A stretch of 64,000 nt of DNA, from NCBI GenBank assembly GCA_013265495.1, contig MU058213.1:4526001-4590000 (forward strand), given 5' to 3'. The notes under the pieces are model-generated. The model worked only from the letters and a program-made list of their open reading frames with translations, ran no database searches and was not told the DNA's origin. The translations under genes and the position numbers were made by a program. This DNA comes from Vicugna vicugna (taxonomy: Eukaryota). Below, in pieces: positions 1 to 12,697 of the stretch; position 1 is the stretch's first letter; the number at the start of each line of letters is the position of its first letter.

Positions 1-445
1 TTCTTCACAAATAAATCTATAGATTAAATGCAATCCCAGTTATAACCCTTCCAGGATTTTTTGTGTGTTTGTTTAGGAATTTACAAACTGGCTTTAAAAT
101 TTCTTTGGAAATACAAAAGACCTAGAATACCCAAAGCAGTCTTGGAAAGTGAAGAGCAAAGTTGGAAAATTTATGCTGCTGGACTCTGACAGAAGACTTA
201 GAATAAAGCTATAATAATTAAGCAGCACGGTACTGGTGTGATTGAGACATGACGTCGGAACAGTATACAGTCCAGAAGTACAGCCATATTTAGGCAGTTC
301 ATTTGATTTTCCACAGTGCTTGCCAAAGTATTCCAATAGGGAAAGGAAAGATTTTTAATAAAAGGCAGTAACAAATGGATATTCATATGGATAAATATGA
401 ACGTTAGCCCTTCTTCCACACTAAAAGCAAAAAATTATTCAAGAT
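1..445 (+). mobile_element. Old LINE-1 ORF2 fragment (L1M-type), cut by the window edge
   Basis: Degenerate ORF2 C-terminal sequence (atctatagattaaatgcaatccc; ggaaatacaaaagacctagaatacccaaagcagtcttg). It parallels 15160-15590. Confidence 0.8.
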
Positions 446-459
446 CGATATGGAGGGCA

Positions 460-632
460 CATTTAACAGGAGGATGTTATGGCCTGTTTCAGGCAAGAAG
501 GGCTAGAGTCGGGTGGGGCTAGAGGGTGTCAGAACACCTTCCTGTTTCTGCTAGTTTCTCAAACTCTTCAGCTTAAAATATTCAATATGCCAGGGTACCA
601 TATTTTGTGGTGGTGTATCCTGAACTCCATCA
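460..632 (-). mobile_element. ERV1 LTR 5' fragment (MER34-like)
   Basis: Reverse complement begins TGATGGAGTTCAGGATACACCACCACAAAATATGGTACCCTGGCATATTGAATATTTTAAGCTGAAG, resembling the recalled MER34-group LTR start. Confidence 0.7.
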
Positions 633-1204
633 TTCTTTTACTCTTAAAATTAAGTTTTTAAATTGTTAAAATGGAGTTTTTAATACATTTTTAAACTATT
701 TCAGTATCCCTAATTGTTTACTCTCTAGATATAGTTGGGTTTGAGGCAGTTCTTTTACAAACTTCAATAAATTTAAAATAAATTCAAAATGAATTCCTTA
801 AGAAGTATTTCAAATGATTTGCTTTCTTTTAAACACATTTTTATTTAAATAATAGGAGTTTTTCATTGATTTCATAGGACTTACTACACAAATCTGCATC
901 CCACAACATAATGTGCTCATTGTATTTTAACATTTTGTTGACCATATTTTTGTAATCTTAGTGTGTTTTATTTTATTCTTAGTAAAAAGAATCCCTTATT
1001 CCGTAAAGGACTGTTGTGCCCTTAGAAATTGTAGCATTCCCAGTTCTGAGAAATTGTTGCCACTTCCGTTTTAGGCAGACACATTGACTTAAAATTAAAT
1101 GCTTCGTTTTTTTCTCATGCTTTTTTTCTTACTGGGTGAGAAAATGACAAGGAAACAATTTCATACATGACAAGGCTTGTTTAAAAGGTAGAGAATCAAA
1201 TCAA

Positions 1205-1460
1205 CTAGTATTTGCTTACTTTATCATGTGTCAGGAACTGGGCCAGGCAGGAGAATAAAAGAATTAGTATGAGTCCTCAGGAACCTTACATTCTACTTGA
1301 GAAGACCAACTGTGTACACACAGAAAATAAACTAAAATGATAAGATGATTCATATTAAATCTCAAGTAGCATAGATTATAAGTTAGAACTCAGAGAAATG
1401 AATGTGGTTTTCATACAGATTTTACAAAGGAAGGATAGAACTCTAAGATACTGGAAGGTG
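1205..1460 (-). mobile_element. L2 fragment
   Basis: Antisense L2 3'-end pattern (tatttgcttactttatcatgtgtcaggaactggg...cctcaggaaccttacattcta). Confidence 0.55.
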
Positions 1461-1579
1461 GGTAAGAGCTGACAGAGTGAACAAGAAAGCGTCTTGGGGG
1501 GAGAGGACGGATGACCAGTGAGAGAGAGGCAGCAGTATTCAGCACATCTTCTAGCTTCTTCCTGAATCTTCTCCCACCC

Positions 1580-1695
1580 AAAATACAAGCTTTTTGAGGG
1601 CAGGGTCGTTGGCTGCTTGTTTGTTGCATTTCCAGCATCTAACTGTGTGCCTGACAAATAAAATGTATTAATTAATAACATTTTGAATGAAGAAA
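1580..1695 (+). mobile_element. L2 3' end
   Basis: aagctttttgagggcaggg...ttccagcatctaactgtgtgcctgaca...ttgaatgaa. Confidence 0.65.
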
Positions 1696-2402
1696 AAAGT
1701 GAATGTGAATTCTAGGAATAGTAGCATTTTAGTTTGGCTTGAATTGATTATTTATTTAAGGGAATAGTGTGAGATGTTTGAATTATAAGGATGATGAATT
1801 TTGAATGCCTAACTGAAGAGTTTGTATTTTATCCTGTAAGGGTTTGGAATTGGACATTGGCATGATGAAAAATACAGGTGTTACTTAGAAAAGTTAAGCG
1901 GTGGCTTATGATTTACGAGAGAATTTATAAACTGGAGACAAGGGGAGATGGTATTGCTCTAGGCTACATATGAAGAACAATGGGATAGGTAGTTTAGACA
2001 GATCTTAGTTACATAACAACAGCACATTGCAGGTATTGTAAGATAATTTAATAAAAATAAGATAATAACTCCTATAGATATAAAAATGAACGTGTATATA
2101 GATTTTATCTCATGAGTGAAGAAATTTGTAAAGTATTAGAACCAGTTCACAACAGACATTCATAGATCAAAATTAAGGAAATTAATGTTCAGTTGGAGAC
2201 AAGACCATTTTTTCTTTAAAGGAGGGTGGTAGAGATATTGAGGGTGGGGAAGGGTTGTTCATCTGATCTTCATTGGGCAGAATTTTTTTGCAGGTATACA
2301 TAAAAGAATTATTTTGCGTTGCTTCCAGTTATCTATAATTTAGAAGGTTGTAAATAGCTCCCTTAGAATGAAGATCAGATAACCTGGAAAGGTGTGCTCT
2401 AG

Positions 2403-2455
2403 ACCAGTGGTCAGCAAACTATGGCTACCAGCCAAGTATCTCCACCCTTTTTGGG

Positions 2456-2489
<34 letters not shown>

Positions 2490-2655
2490 TTGTGTGTGAA
2501 TGGTTTTATTAGAACATAGCCATGCTCATTTATTACATATTGGCTGTGGCTCCTCTCTTGCTACAAAAATGGAATTGAGTAGTTACAACAGAGGCAGTAT
2601 GGCTCACAAAATTTGAATGTTTTCTATCTGGCCGCTAACTGAACTGACCCTGCTC
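2403..2655. mobile_element. MER58-like hAT-Charlie DNA transposon with an internal (TG)n microsatellite
   Basis: Terminal cagtggtcagcaaact and ...tgaccctg. Internal ttttattagaacatagccatgctcattt. (TG)n at about 2459-2497. Confidence 0.8.
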
Positions 2656-2989
2656 CAAATAATGCATAATATTCCATCAAAGCATGATTTTTTTCCTACG
2701 CAGGTGTATGTTTTTGACAATTAAGAAAATCAAGGTTTTCATATGTAGCCAATCCTATACTGATCTGCCATTCCCCCAAGAGGATTAATTAAATCTAGTT
2801 GCTTCAAAGAGGAGTTTGGATATTTCTTTACATAACAACTAACCTAATAATACGGACCTTAGGCTTAGGCTGAATTATTAGAACATAATGTTTAGAACAA
2901 GGTAGTTGACATTGTAGGCCATTCTGAGCAAGTGTGTTTCAAAGCAGGTGTAAGTAAATTCATTCAGAGAAGAACTTGCAAATAGTAAA

Positions 2990-3290
2990 GTAACTTGCAA
3001 CTCTAGCATTTAGAGAATGATTGACGGACTCAGGGTTGTTCCGTTTTAAGAAGGGAGGACACCAGTAACATAAGAAACATCTTCAAATATTTGAAGCATA
3101 ATTTAACTTGTTCTATAACTTCTAAGGTTAAAACTTTGGACAATATGTAGGAGTTAAGCAATCCTGATTTTAACTTAGTATAAGGAGTGTTCTCATAGTA
3201 TAGCGGATGGAATATTTAGCCTTGGCAGATAGTAACTTTCCTCTCGGTGATTGTATTTGAGCAGAGGCTAGACATTCACAGTACTGGGAT
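2990..3290 (+). mobile_element. L3/CR1 3' fragment
   Basis: atcttcaaatatttgaag; gtaactttcctctcggtgattgtatttgagcagaggctagac. Confidence 0.65.
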
Positions 3291-6076
3291 TTTTATAATA
3301 GTGGGATTACAGCTTCTGTTTTTAGATTTAAGTAAAAGACCTGAAGATTTTCTTCTAATTCCATGAGTTCTCTAGTGACAAGTGAAAAGCTTTCCAAGAA
3401 GTATTGACGATCTGTCTGAGGTTGGAGACCCGAAATTACTATTGACATCCATCTATATGGTTTTGTACATGTTTTAATTTTCCCACCAATTAAATGAGGA
3501 ATCATTTTGTCAGTAGACCAATGGTTTAATGTGTATACAGTGGTGAAGAGTGGGAATTTTAGAGTCTCCACTAGGACTGGGCTGTTATTTGGTCCAACCA
3601 GAGCTTTCTCTTTTTATCAAACCAACAGTTACTGAATTCCTAATCTTGTTTTTCCTTTTCTGAGGCTAATTGTATTCCTATAGCTAGTTTTTGTGAGTTA
3701 TCATTTGGAGGAGTATCCCTTTGGACTATGAAAGAGGTTTGGCTGCTGGTGGTCCCTTTAAGGACAGGATTTCTTGTGGCACAATCAGCAAGGTGATTTC
3801 CCTCAGCTTCCAGTGAGTCAAGTTTAGAATGCCCCCAGAATCTTAATAATAGCTCAAGTGGCAAGTAAAAGTATTGCATCTAATAATTCCTAAATATAGG
3901 GGACATTTTTATTCCTGCTGAAAGTAAAGAAATCACATTGCTTCCACAACATTTCTAAATCATGAGCTACTCTAAATACATATCTACTATCAGTATAAGT
4001 ATTGACAACTTTGTCCTTGGTTAAGATATAAGCCTGTTGGGCCTAAACAGAAGGGAGTATGTTCAGAGAAGGAACTTTTGAGATTCAGTAGAGGTCCTCA
4101 CTATTTGAATTGTTTCAGTACTCTGAGGCAGAGACTGCTTAATAGTAGTGGAATTGAGCACTAAGACTGTGGCTCTGATGTCAGTTAGAACTGGAAGAGA
4201 TTCATCCCAAATCTGGAGAAACATTTCTCCAAGATGATTAAGAGGCAGAATGGGGAAGAGCCCCTAAAGTTCCTCAGAGCCCCACCACTGAGAATTGGCA
4301 GGATGTTGGAAAGGCTAGTTATGAAGGTGCCTAAAGCACTTACATTTTTATAACAATCTCTTTTTCAGTGTCCTGACTTTTTGCAATAATAGCAAAATCT
4401 AGGAGGATTTTGGTTTTGTTTCGGAGCCTTCATTTGCTAGAGTTGAAGGTTAAGAATTTTGTCAATCTTCCTTTTAGGTGACTCATCTAAAATGCAAAGA
4501 GAAGGTGGTTTACCAGATTACCTAAATCTGGAGTGGGCTTAGTTTCCCATTTCATCCTGGTCTTTTTTACTAGAAAAGAGAGGTCCCAGTTCAGCCCATT
4601 AATAAACACAGAATTGAAAGCTCCCCAGGTAGAATCAACATCTGAAAGAAGACCAGAATTTTCTTTAAAAACAATCTGAAGTCGATTGTAATACTCATGA
4701 ACAGGTTTATCAGACTTTTGTGTGCAAGTCTGAGTTTTTTTCTAGTCAACGGGATTTGGGAAACCCTCGGGAATTGTTTGATGAAGTCACCTAATGATTG
4801 CCCAAAGCCTGATCGTATGATGAGTTTAGTAGGCTGGTGTCCTGATTATAATTCTGGAGAACTTTCAGGATTTTCCCAGTTAGCAGTTTTCATTCATTAC
4901 TGGGTCTTGCCTTCAACAAGCATACAAACTAGCTGATATAATTAGAGAAACCATGTTGATGAGTTTGAATGACTATGTTGGTTTCCTCAGCAAGTCTGTG
5001 AGGATCTTTAGTTACTTTGGGGAAGTATTTGACTATGGCTCTCACTTCAGCTTTGGTCCAGGGAATATAAGAAATTAAGGCTTTGGCCTGTGGATCATCA
5101 GAAGGCTTAATTTTAAAGGGAGATGTTCTGCCAAGTTCAGAGAGAAAGGGAATAAGAAGAGTTTCAGAGAAAAAGGGATATTTGACAAGAGAAATCTTAT
5201 CTTAAAATCTTATTTTGCAGAGACAATTTTAGACTTATGATAACATTGAGAAGCCACAAAATACGAATTAAAGTAGGTATTCCACTCAGTTCTCAAAATT
5301 CTTAAGCTATTGTAGTCAAATTCAGTTTTAAGGAAATTAAATTTGGGAGTTTCAGGTTTCCCCTATAATGGCCATTGATACTATAAATTGCCTTTGGTCA
5401 GGTTGGTCCTTTTAATTAAAAATGTGCTAAGGAAGATTTTTAAACATAAAATCCTCTGTAGTTCCTGTAAGGGGAGGTGTCCTCAAAATATTGAGATAAC
5501 TGGTATCCCATTTCTCTGAGATTTTTCTGTAGAGTAAAAGAATAATTTTCAAAATGCTCAAACAGCTCAATTCAAACAGCATGCAACTCAAGCAGCCAGC
5601 AAACTATTATCAGCCAGTTCTGAGGAAACAGTGTGGTCCTGAAGAATCTAGGCTGAAGGCTTTTCAGCCAGTTTCCAGAGAACAGCCCCTGTTCCGTAGG
5701 AATGGGCCAACAGCTAAACCAACACAGTTTCAGTGAAGCAGCCCCTGTTCCCAAAGGAATGGGCAGACAGCTTCTCAGCCAGCCAACTTCAGCTGAAACA
5801 GTCTGTTCTCAAAATCAGACTGAAGTGCCAGGCTTGTGTACAGAACAGGCCTTAACCAGAGACAGAATCTTAAAATAGATCCCAAATAAAGCCTGAAGAC
5901 CTTTAGACACAAAGAGGGCATAAGCCCGAATCCAGGAGAAAGACATACCTTCAAACCTCAGGGTCAGCAGGAAAAGCAGTGAGTGCAATGGGCTCAGTTG
6001 TGGGCACCACAGTTTTTTGCTCACCAGCCCCAGGGCCCTTTGGGGTCTTGTCTGGTCCCCTTGTGGGCCACCCAGT
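3291..6076 (-). mobile_element. Degenerate class I (gamma-like) ERV internal region: leader, gag, pro, RT deleted, RNase H, start of integrase
   Basis: Minus-strand translations: gag ATG about 5511 (MGYQLS); capsid YIPWTKAEVRAIVKYFPKVTKDP (about 5070-5000); MHR-like CTQKSDKPVHEYYNRLQIVFKE (about 4727-4662); zinc knuckle CYYCKKSGH*KRDC (4394-4353); protease-like LTDIRATVLVL (about 4190-4155); RNase H YTDSRYVF...GHSK...GNHLAD (about 4000-3780). Stops and frameshifts are present. Confidence 0.9.
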
Positions 6077-6400
6077 TGTTAACCTAAAACAAGCAGACTG
6101 CCAGGTATTCCTCCAACAAAGATGGATTTATTCAGGATCAGCAGAAAACTGCAGTTCAGAATCTGCAACCATGGTGAGCCACAGGCAAGTCCCCTACTGC
6201 AAGGGACAGAGGAAGCTTTTACAGAGGTGGGGAAAGGAAGCTGGGAGGGCTATAGAGAAGAGTCCAAGGCTTTTCATTGGCTTAGTCCTTTCTAGGAAAG
6301 ACGGAGAGTCTTTCTTCTTACTAGACTCTGCTATGGTTTCAGGGTGTGAGCTCTTCTGGTCTCTCAGCTCTATGTAATTGAGGTTTCTGTTTATAAATGT
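6077..6400 (-). mobile_element. 5' LTR of the ERV
   Basis: On the minus strand: CCAAT (6280-6276), TATA-like TGTAAAA (about 6223), AATAAA (6132-6127), and an end ...GTTAACA at 6077 followed by a PBS-like sequence. Confidence 0.8.
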
Positions 6401-7149
6401 TGTAGAAGAGCAGTCAGTAAAAAGGACATGATAGTGCTGTAAGAATGGGTTATATCAGAGTTGAATATTAGACTTAAAAAATTCAGAAGTCCAGTGGTTC
6501 CCCGGACTAACAGAATTTTTTCAGGAATAGATTATTCGATGGTGATAGAGAATTGTTGGAGTTAGGAATGTTAGGAAGACAAAACTGGCTGTTGGATCAA
6601 ATGTTGAAGCTATCAAAGAAGTGATTCACTCATGAAATAGCATGTGAAAGAGCGATGTACAGTGGTTGGCACACAGTAGGCATTCAAAAAGTGTTTTGAA
6701 TTTTGTGACCTAGGAAAGAGCACTTTGGCAAGAGTAACAAACCATCAGGTGCCTTCAGGGTGAGCTTCTGGGCTTTGTGAGTTGTTTGGAGCAGAGGTAA
6801 AATAAATTGTTTTGTGAGAGGAATGTCTCATCTTCAAGTATGAGGCAATAGGCAGTTTTAATTTCCTGCTTCAGTTAAAAGGCCAGAGAGAGTTAGATTA
6901 TGCAGAGGTAACTTGGCAGGGGAAAAAATCATTGTTTTTTTGTTTCTATTCCCTCCAAAAAACTTGCTAATTTATTTTTGGTGGTACTCAGTGCTGTTGG
7001 AAAATATTGTTTCAAAAAGTCACTTACTTCTTTTGTAAACTTACTTTAGGTGAAAGAAGTCTGTTAAATAATAGCTAGAGATTAGACACCATCCTGGAAA
7101 AGAAAATGAAAAAAGAGATGACCACAGACTGGGTATTACATGATAATTA

Positions 7150-7335
7150 AGGATTGTTGTCAGTTTGGGGGTGTAACAAGAGAGATGAAAGAATAAATGA
7201 AGCAAGAGCAGCAGAATGCTGACAGTTGTGGAAGCTGGGGAAAGTACATAAAGGTTCACTATACTTTTTTTTTCCTCCTACTTTTCTTTTTTTATATTTG
7301 GAAACCTCCCAAATAAAGAGTTTAATTTTTAAAAA
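7150..7335 (+). mobile_element. Ancient L1 (L1ME-like) 3' end
   Basis: gcagaatgctgacagttgtggaagctgggg...aggttcactatact...tttggaaacctcccaaataaa. Confidence 0.6.
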
Positions 7336-10300
7336 GATATCCAGTATGGAGTGTTTCAGTTCACAAGTGTTACAAGCCCAACTATAGGCCTAGTGCTCTG
7401 TTAGGTTTTGTGTTACTCTTAATTGTATTCTTGAAAATTCAAGGAATGGGGAAGAGTGGGTACTCATTTACTGTATGTGAAAGCTAGCATTGAAGGAAAA
7501 GGGAGAGACTTCAAAGTATTAGACCTCCACTGAAAATCTTAGGACCACGTAACATCATTTACACAAAAGCAAAAGAAAATGACATCTTTATCTACTATTC
7601 TTCTAGTATTGGTTAGCACTTCACATAGCTGACTTTTTGTATTCACAAAAGAAAAGACTCAAAGGCTAACTGGTGGTACCTTTGCAGGAAGACTTTGAGG
7701 GCCCTGTTTGTCAAGGAAGTTTCCAAATTCAGATGGTCAGAGAAACTGCTCACTCAAGAGAAGACAGAGTATGCTCACTACTAACTTCATGGGAGTCTGC
7801 CTTCATGATAACCGTATAGCATTTTTGAAAGTCAGGATTCTTTGGAAGCCTGTAAAATCCTAAAAGGAGGGATTATGTCATGTTTGCAGTTATTTAAATA
7901 CTGGATATATTAAAATGTCTTTTATTTTTATTTTAGCTGCTTCTTTTCGTAATTCTTTTATTTCCAGGAAGTCTTTATTGATGTACATCTCAGGTCTTTC
8001 TACTTTGAAATCTTTTCATTGGCTGATGCAGGATTCAGGAGAACAGTTCAGAGAAAATACTAGTGAAAATGAAATAGTAAGATGGTAAAATTTCCCTCTG
8101 TTTACTGAGAATTCAAGAAGATTGAGAAACTTAAATTACCAAGTTTATTGATTTAATTGTACATAGTTTCTTTTCTCTCCTTTTTTCTTTTTTGCTTTTA
8201 AACCAGAAAGATTGGACTGATTGTGTTGGCAGGATATATTTGATGGATGACTGTCATTATCTTCTCAAACCTGCATGACACTTTAAGTGTAGAAAATGAT
8301 AATTAAATTTTCAAGAGACCATGTTGAGATTTTAAGATTTGGGACTTGTAAAAGAATGAGCATAACAGTTAGCAAGTGGTGGCTAGTGTGTTTTTATTGA
8401 TTCAGGAAAGGAATAGAAGCATCTCAGGTTTTCTTTTATTTTGCTTCCCTGTGCATCCCCCCACCACCTCCCCAATTAAGATATTGTCCAAAATGTTGGT
8501 AATGACTTGAAACTATTCAGGTTGCACAAAGCATTTAATGAAATCTTGTCTTAGACAAAACACTAGAGAGGATCATAATTAATGTCTCATTTTCTGCCAG
8601 TTGCTATTGATTACTCATTCAAGATCCCTTTGTTCTCAGAATGATAACAAGTGTAGTTTGCATCGCTATCTAATGAGATTCTCAGGATAGAATTCTTTAA
8701 CAACTCGCTGGTAATTGCTAACATATCCCTGGAATTTCAATGTAAATGAATTTGCATCATAATACAATTATTTCACAAATGTCGGTGTTTTCCAAATTCA
8801 AGATTTATTACAGTCTGTTTTTTAATGATTTCTAGAAAGTTAACAGAAGAGTGATATATTTTTAAAGCCCAACATTTATATTTTGCCCTGAGTTCTCCTT
8901 CACCCTCTGAGATTTTGATTTGATTGTGACTTGGTGTGAGAGGCTTCTTCGTCACTCTTCAGTTACCCTGTCATAATCTCTGAAAGTTCAAATGGACTTA
9001 CAGCTGAACTGTCCTGTGATGTCTCTAGATGAAAAGAACAATTGCAAATATGATAATACTGTACTAATTTTGCTTTTAAAACATTTTGTTTCTTTTTCCC
9101 TCGGTTACAAAAGGAGCACGTAGCACAGTATAAAGATTTCAACTGAGAAATTTTAACAGTTTATGTACTCTCTTTCATCCTGATTGTGTTTTATACCTTT
9201 CTGCCTCTTTAATTAATTAGTACACTCCCCTCACAAAAAGACAAATCTGAGAACAGCTGCTTGCCTTTATGTATTAAAACTGCATACCATTTCAGGGGTG
9301 TAATACAGGCATGAAATTAAGGAATTCTGTAGAATGTACAAAAAGCAGAGGTTCCAAGAGTCTATAGTAAATATTTTAAATGTTTTGAAATACATGACTA
9401 TAACATTAGATAGTCTCCATCTAATTTTTCTAGAAAACAAATTAGTGACAAGTTAGCACTTCAAATTTTTAATCATAAAATGAAGATAATAATTTTTGAC
9501 ATCAGGTCCTTATTTAATCTGGCTATGACTAAATATCGAAGTATATGTAGTGCAGCATTTAGGCCAAGCCATTTAATGGTAAAAAGTAGTTCTGAGGAAG
9601 CAAGCCTATGTTTAACAAGATTTCAGACACTTTCCCTTTAAGGTAAAGAATATCTAAATTAAAAAAATACATATCCAAATTATTACAGTGTGGTTTTGAA
9701 TCCTCCTGGCTACTTAACAGCACCATTTTTATATAGGACGTTTTCCTCTGTTCCTATTAAGTCGTGTTCAGAGTATCTTCCAACGTAATTAAGAAGTTGC
9801 ATTAATAAATGATGTTGGCCACTCCCACTACTGTTAACTCTTCTTACATTTTGGTCAGTATCACTGTGAAGATTTATGCTGAATAGGCTTTTCAAGTTCA
9901 CATCTTAGAGTCAGGGTTTCTCAAGCACGTTAAAAGGGAGAGAGAACTTTTAAAAAATTACCACATAGGCTACTAAAGTTCCATATAAAAAAATGTGGAT
10001 TTTTATTTAGGCTAGAGGCTTGTCACATGTAATTCAAAATGAAACTTCCTATAGGTTTTACTGCAATATTTGAGACTATCTTAGTGTTTCAGGGATAACC
10101 CTTTATTCATTATTCTTTGGTAATTAGATACATTTTTCACAGATAGAGGTTCTACATGACTATAGAAAAGACTTTTTTTCTCTAAGCACATGTTAAGAAA
10201 TTTAGTGCTATGTCAGTTCAGAATACTAATTCTGCCTTGAATAAGACAGCTTGGAAGAATAAAACTGCTTTGCCTAGTTCTATATCCTCTGGGATACTGG

Positions 10301-11279
10301 GATATTCTTTTTGCCGGAGATACCTCCAGGATAAGATCAATAATGCTTCTCATTTGTTTTAGGCAGGCAGAAAAATCAATAATATGAGCTGATATGTAAT
10401 TTTATTTTAGGAAAAAAATTCACTCATTTATTATGTGTGCTTTAGTTTTACCAAAATATTTAAAGAATCAAATAAAGAAAAAATGTATGATTTTATTAGT
10501 GATAGAATGTCAAAATGTTAGGTTTATATAGTTTAGCCCTTGATTTTTTGAATCATATTTACCATTAGTTTAATGGATATTATTTCTTAGATTATCAAGC
10601 CCTTGTGGAAAAAAAAAAAACCTCATCTTAAACTTATTTTGTGTTTCTTACAGTACTGATCATTTCATTTTAGTTAATAGGAAAAAATATCATCTTGTGT
10701 TAAACAATTTCTCATACCTTTGCTTTACCTAATCGTTTTCATCATGATGTGGATAAAACGGGGAAGTGGTAATTTCCAAGAAGAACTTGTGTATCTTTTT
10801 TGATATTTATATTCACTGTAGAACAAGAAGACAGGGTATTTCCTAACCACATCCCCGGACTTGTCTATAATAAGGAGAAGAGTTTATCAACAGTAAAGTT
10901 GGTAACAAGTAAACTTTTTTCCCTAAAAAAATTTGTTCTTCTTTTTCTTCCTTTATTTAATGCATATGTCCAGAAATCTATCAGTATGTGTTCTATAGGT
11001 AACTTAACTTTAGAATTATAATCCACAAATTTATTTACAGATCACTTACATTTTTTCAAATTAAGCTTATAAATGGTAGTTGGGTTCCTGGACTGTTGTA
11101 GAAGTCCTGTACTATCGAAAGAGCCTCTTAAACAGCCTTAGGTTCCATTGCTTGCTATCTATATAGCATAAAATCTGTCTATGTAATACTGAATAATAAG
11201 ATTGCAATAAATATTAACTGAAATGGTACATATGAGAGTGTGGTAGTGGATCCTTGATATTTATTCTGATTTTCTTCAA

Positions 11280-11510
11280 GGTTTTATTTTGAAAAATTAC
11301 TAACACACAGAAAGGGTGCCAGAATAATACAGTGAGCGTTCACGTACTCTTAATCAAGTGTCATCGTTTGATGTTACATCATATTGATGCATACACGTTC
11401 CTTTTCATTCCCTCAATATGTGTGTGTATATGTTTGTCTGTATGCAATATGTGGGTTTATACGCACAAATATACACACTTCTGCTGAATCATTTTGAGAA
11501 TAAGTTGGCA
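11280..11510 (-). mobile_element. Old L1 (L1MC-like) 3' end
   Basis: ttttattttgaaaaattactaacacacagaaagg...agaataatacagtgagc...ctgaatcattttgagaataagttg. Confidence 0.55.
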
Positions 11511-11753
11511 TTTTTCTGTTTATCCTCAGTCTAGGTTGATACAGTTTGAATCTGTCATACTCCTCTTTGGATTTAGCCTCTAATTGTCAACCCTTTCTCT
11601 AGGGGCTTATCTATTCTCTTTTCTATTTCCAACATCCTATCTTACCAGAGCCAGTGGGAATTGTATCTCAGCCATCTTGGATTCAGAGCAGATGAGGTCT
11701 CCTTACTTAGGAGAAAGAGTTTGTGCCCAGGAAACAGAATAAAAAATGTCATT

Positions 11754-11835
11754 CATAAACAAGAACCTACTATATAGCACAGGGAACTATATTCAGCATC
11801 TTATAATAGCCTATAATGGAGAAGAATCTGAAAAC

Positions 11836-11870
<35 letters not shown>

Positions 11871-11912
11871 AAATCACTTTGCTGTACACCTGAAACATTG
11901 TAAATCAACTAT
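11754..11912 (+). mobile_element. 5'-truncated artiodactyl-type L1 3' end with TSD and an internal (TA)n
   Basis: aacctactatatagcacagggaactatattcag...tcactttgctgtacacctgaaac. Flanked by aaaaaatgtcatt (11741-11753) and aaaaagtgtcatt (11913-11925). Confidence 0.85.
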
Positions 11913-12039
11913 AAAAAGTGTCATTGATTTTATTTTCATTCTTTTGTGATTCTTAGAATGTGGTAACCCACTGGGAAAGAAAAAAATGAAATGAAGTTTT
12001 ATTTTCACTTGGACCTATAATCATACTACTTACTTTACT

Positions 12040-12190
12040 TAAACCTTATTTACTTAGAACTCTGTGAGCTAGTTAGTAATATAATCATATATAGAAAACA
12101 AAACAGATGCATTAATGTTAGATAATTTGCCCAGGATCTTACAGTCAGGATTTGAACTCAGGGTAACTAACTCCAAAACCCATCCTGTTT
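12040..12190 (-). mobile_element. MIR
   Basis: aatttgcccaggatcttacagtcaggatttgaactcagg...actccaaaaccc. Confidence 0.6.
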
Positions 12191-12486
12191 CAGAAAATCA
12201 CAGGTTTTATAGATATTTCACCTACTTATAGGAATTTAAGAAATGCATTTTCCTATTCACTGTTTAGATTATTTTATATGTCTCTTAGTCGCATATTATA
12301 TTATATTGTTGTTACTATTTATTGACTTCTTATTATAACTATTAATTGACTTCTTATAAGAAATAACTCAATGGCTACATTTTTCTCATCTAAGAGTTTA
12401 TCTGTCTTTACAACTTAAGCAGACAGATTTCTTCACCATCCCCCAAACTCAGTCTCTAGTTTCTCCATCAAGGCATCAATTATATA

Positions 12487-12697
12487 AGGGGTCAATTAAC
12501 ATTTTCTAAAAAGGGCTACATCATAAATAATTTAGACTTTGCATACCATACATTCTCTGCAACTACTCAACTCTTCCTTTGTAGCACAGAAACAGCTATA
12601 GCCAGTCCATAAATGAGTGGGTGAGACTGTGTTCCGATAAAAATATTTTCCAAAACAGGCCCAATTTAACCTGCTGGCCAGGGTTTGTTGACCACTA
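12487..12697. mobile_element. MER58A-like DNA transposon
   Basis: ggggtcaattaacattttctaaaaagggc...caactactcaactc...ctgtgttccgataaaa...gtttgttgaccact. Confidence 0.8.

Noticed and set aside
460..632. LTR fragment as the missing 3' LTR of the 3.3-6.4 kb ERV
   Set aside because: No sequence similarity to the LTR at 6077-6400, and older L2, MER58 and L3 elements lie between them.
5979..6377. 132-aa ORF on the + strand
   Set aside because: It is the antisense reading of the ERV LTR and leader, with no protein similarity.
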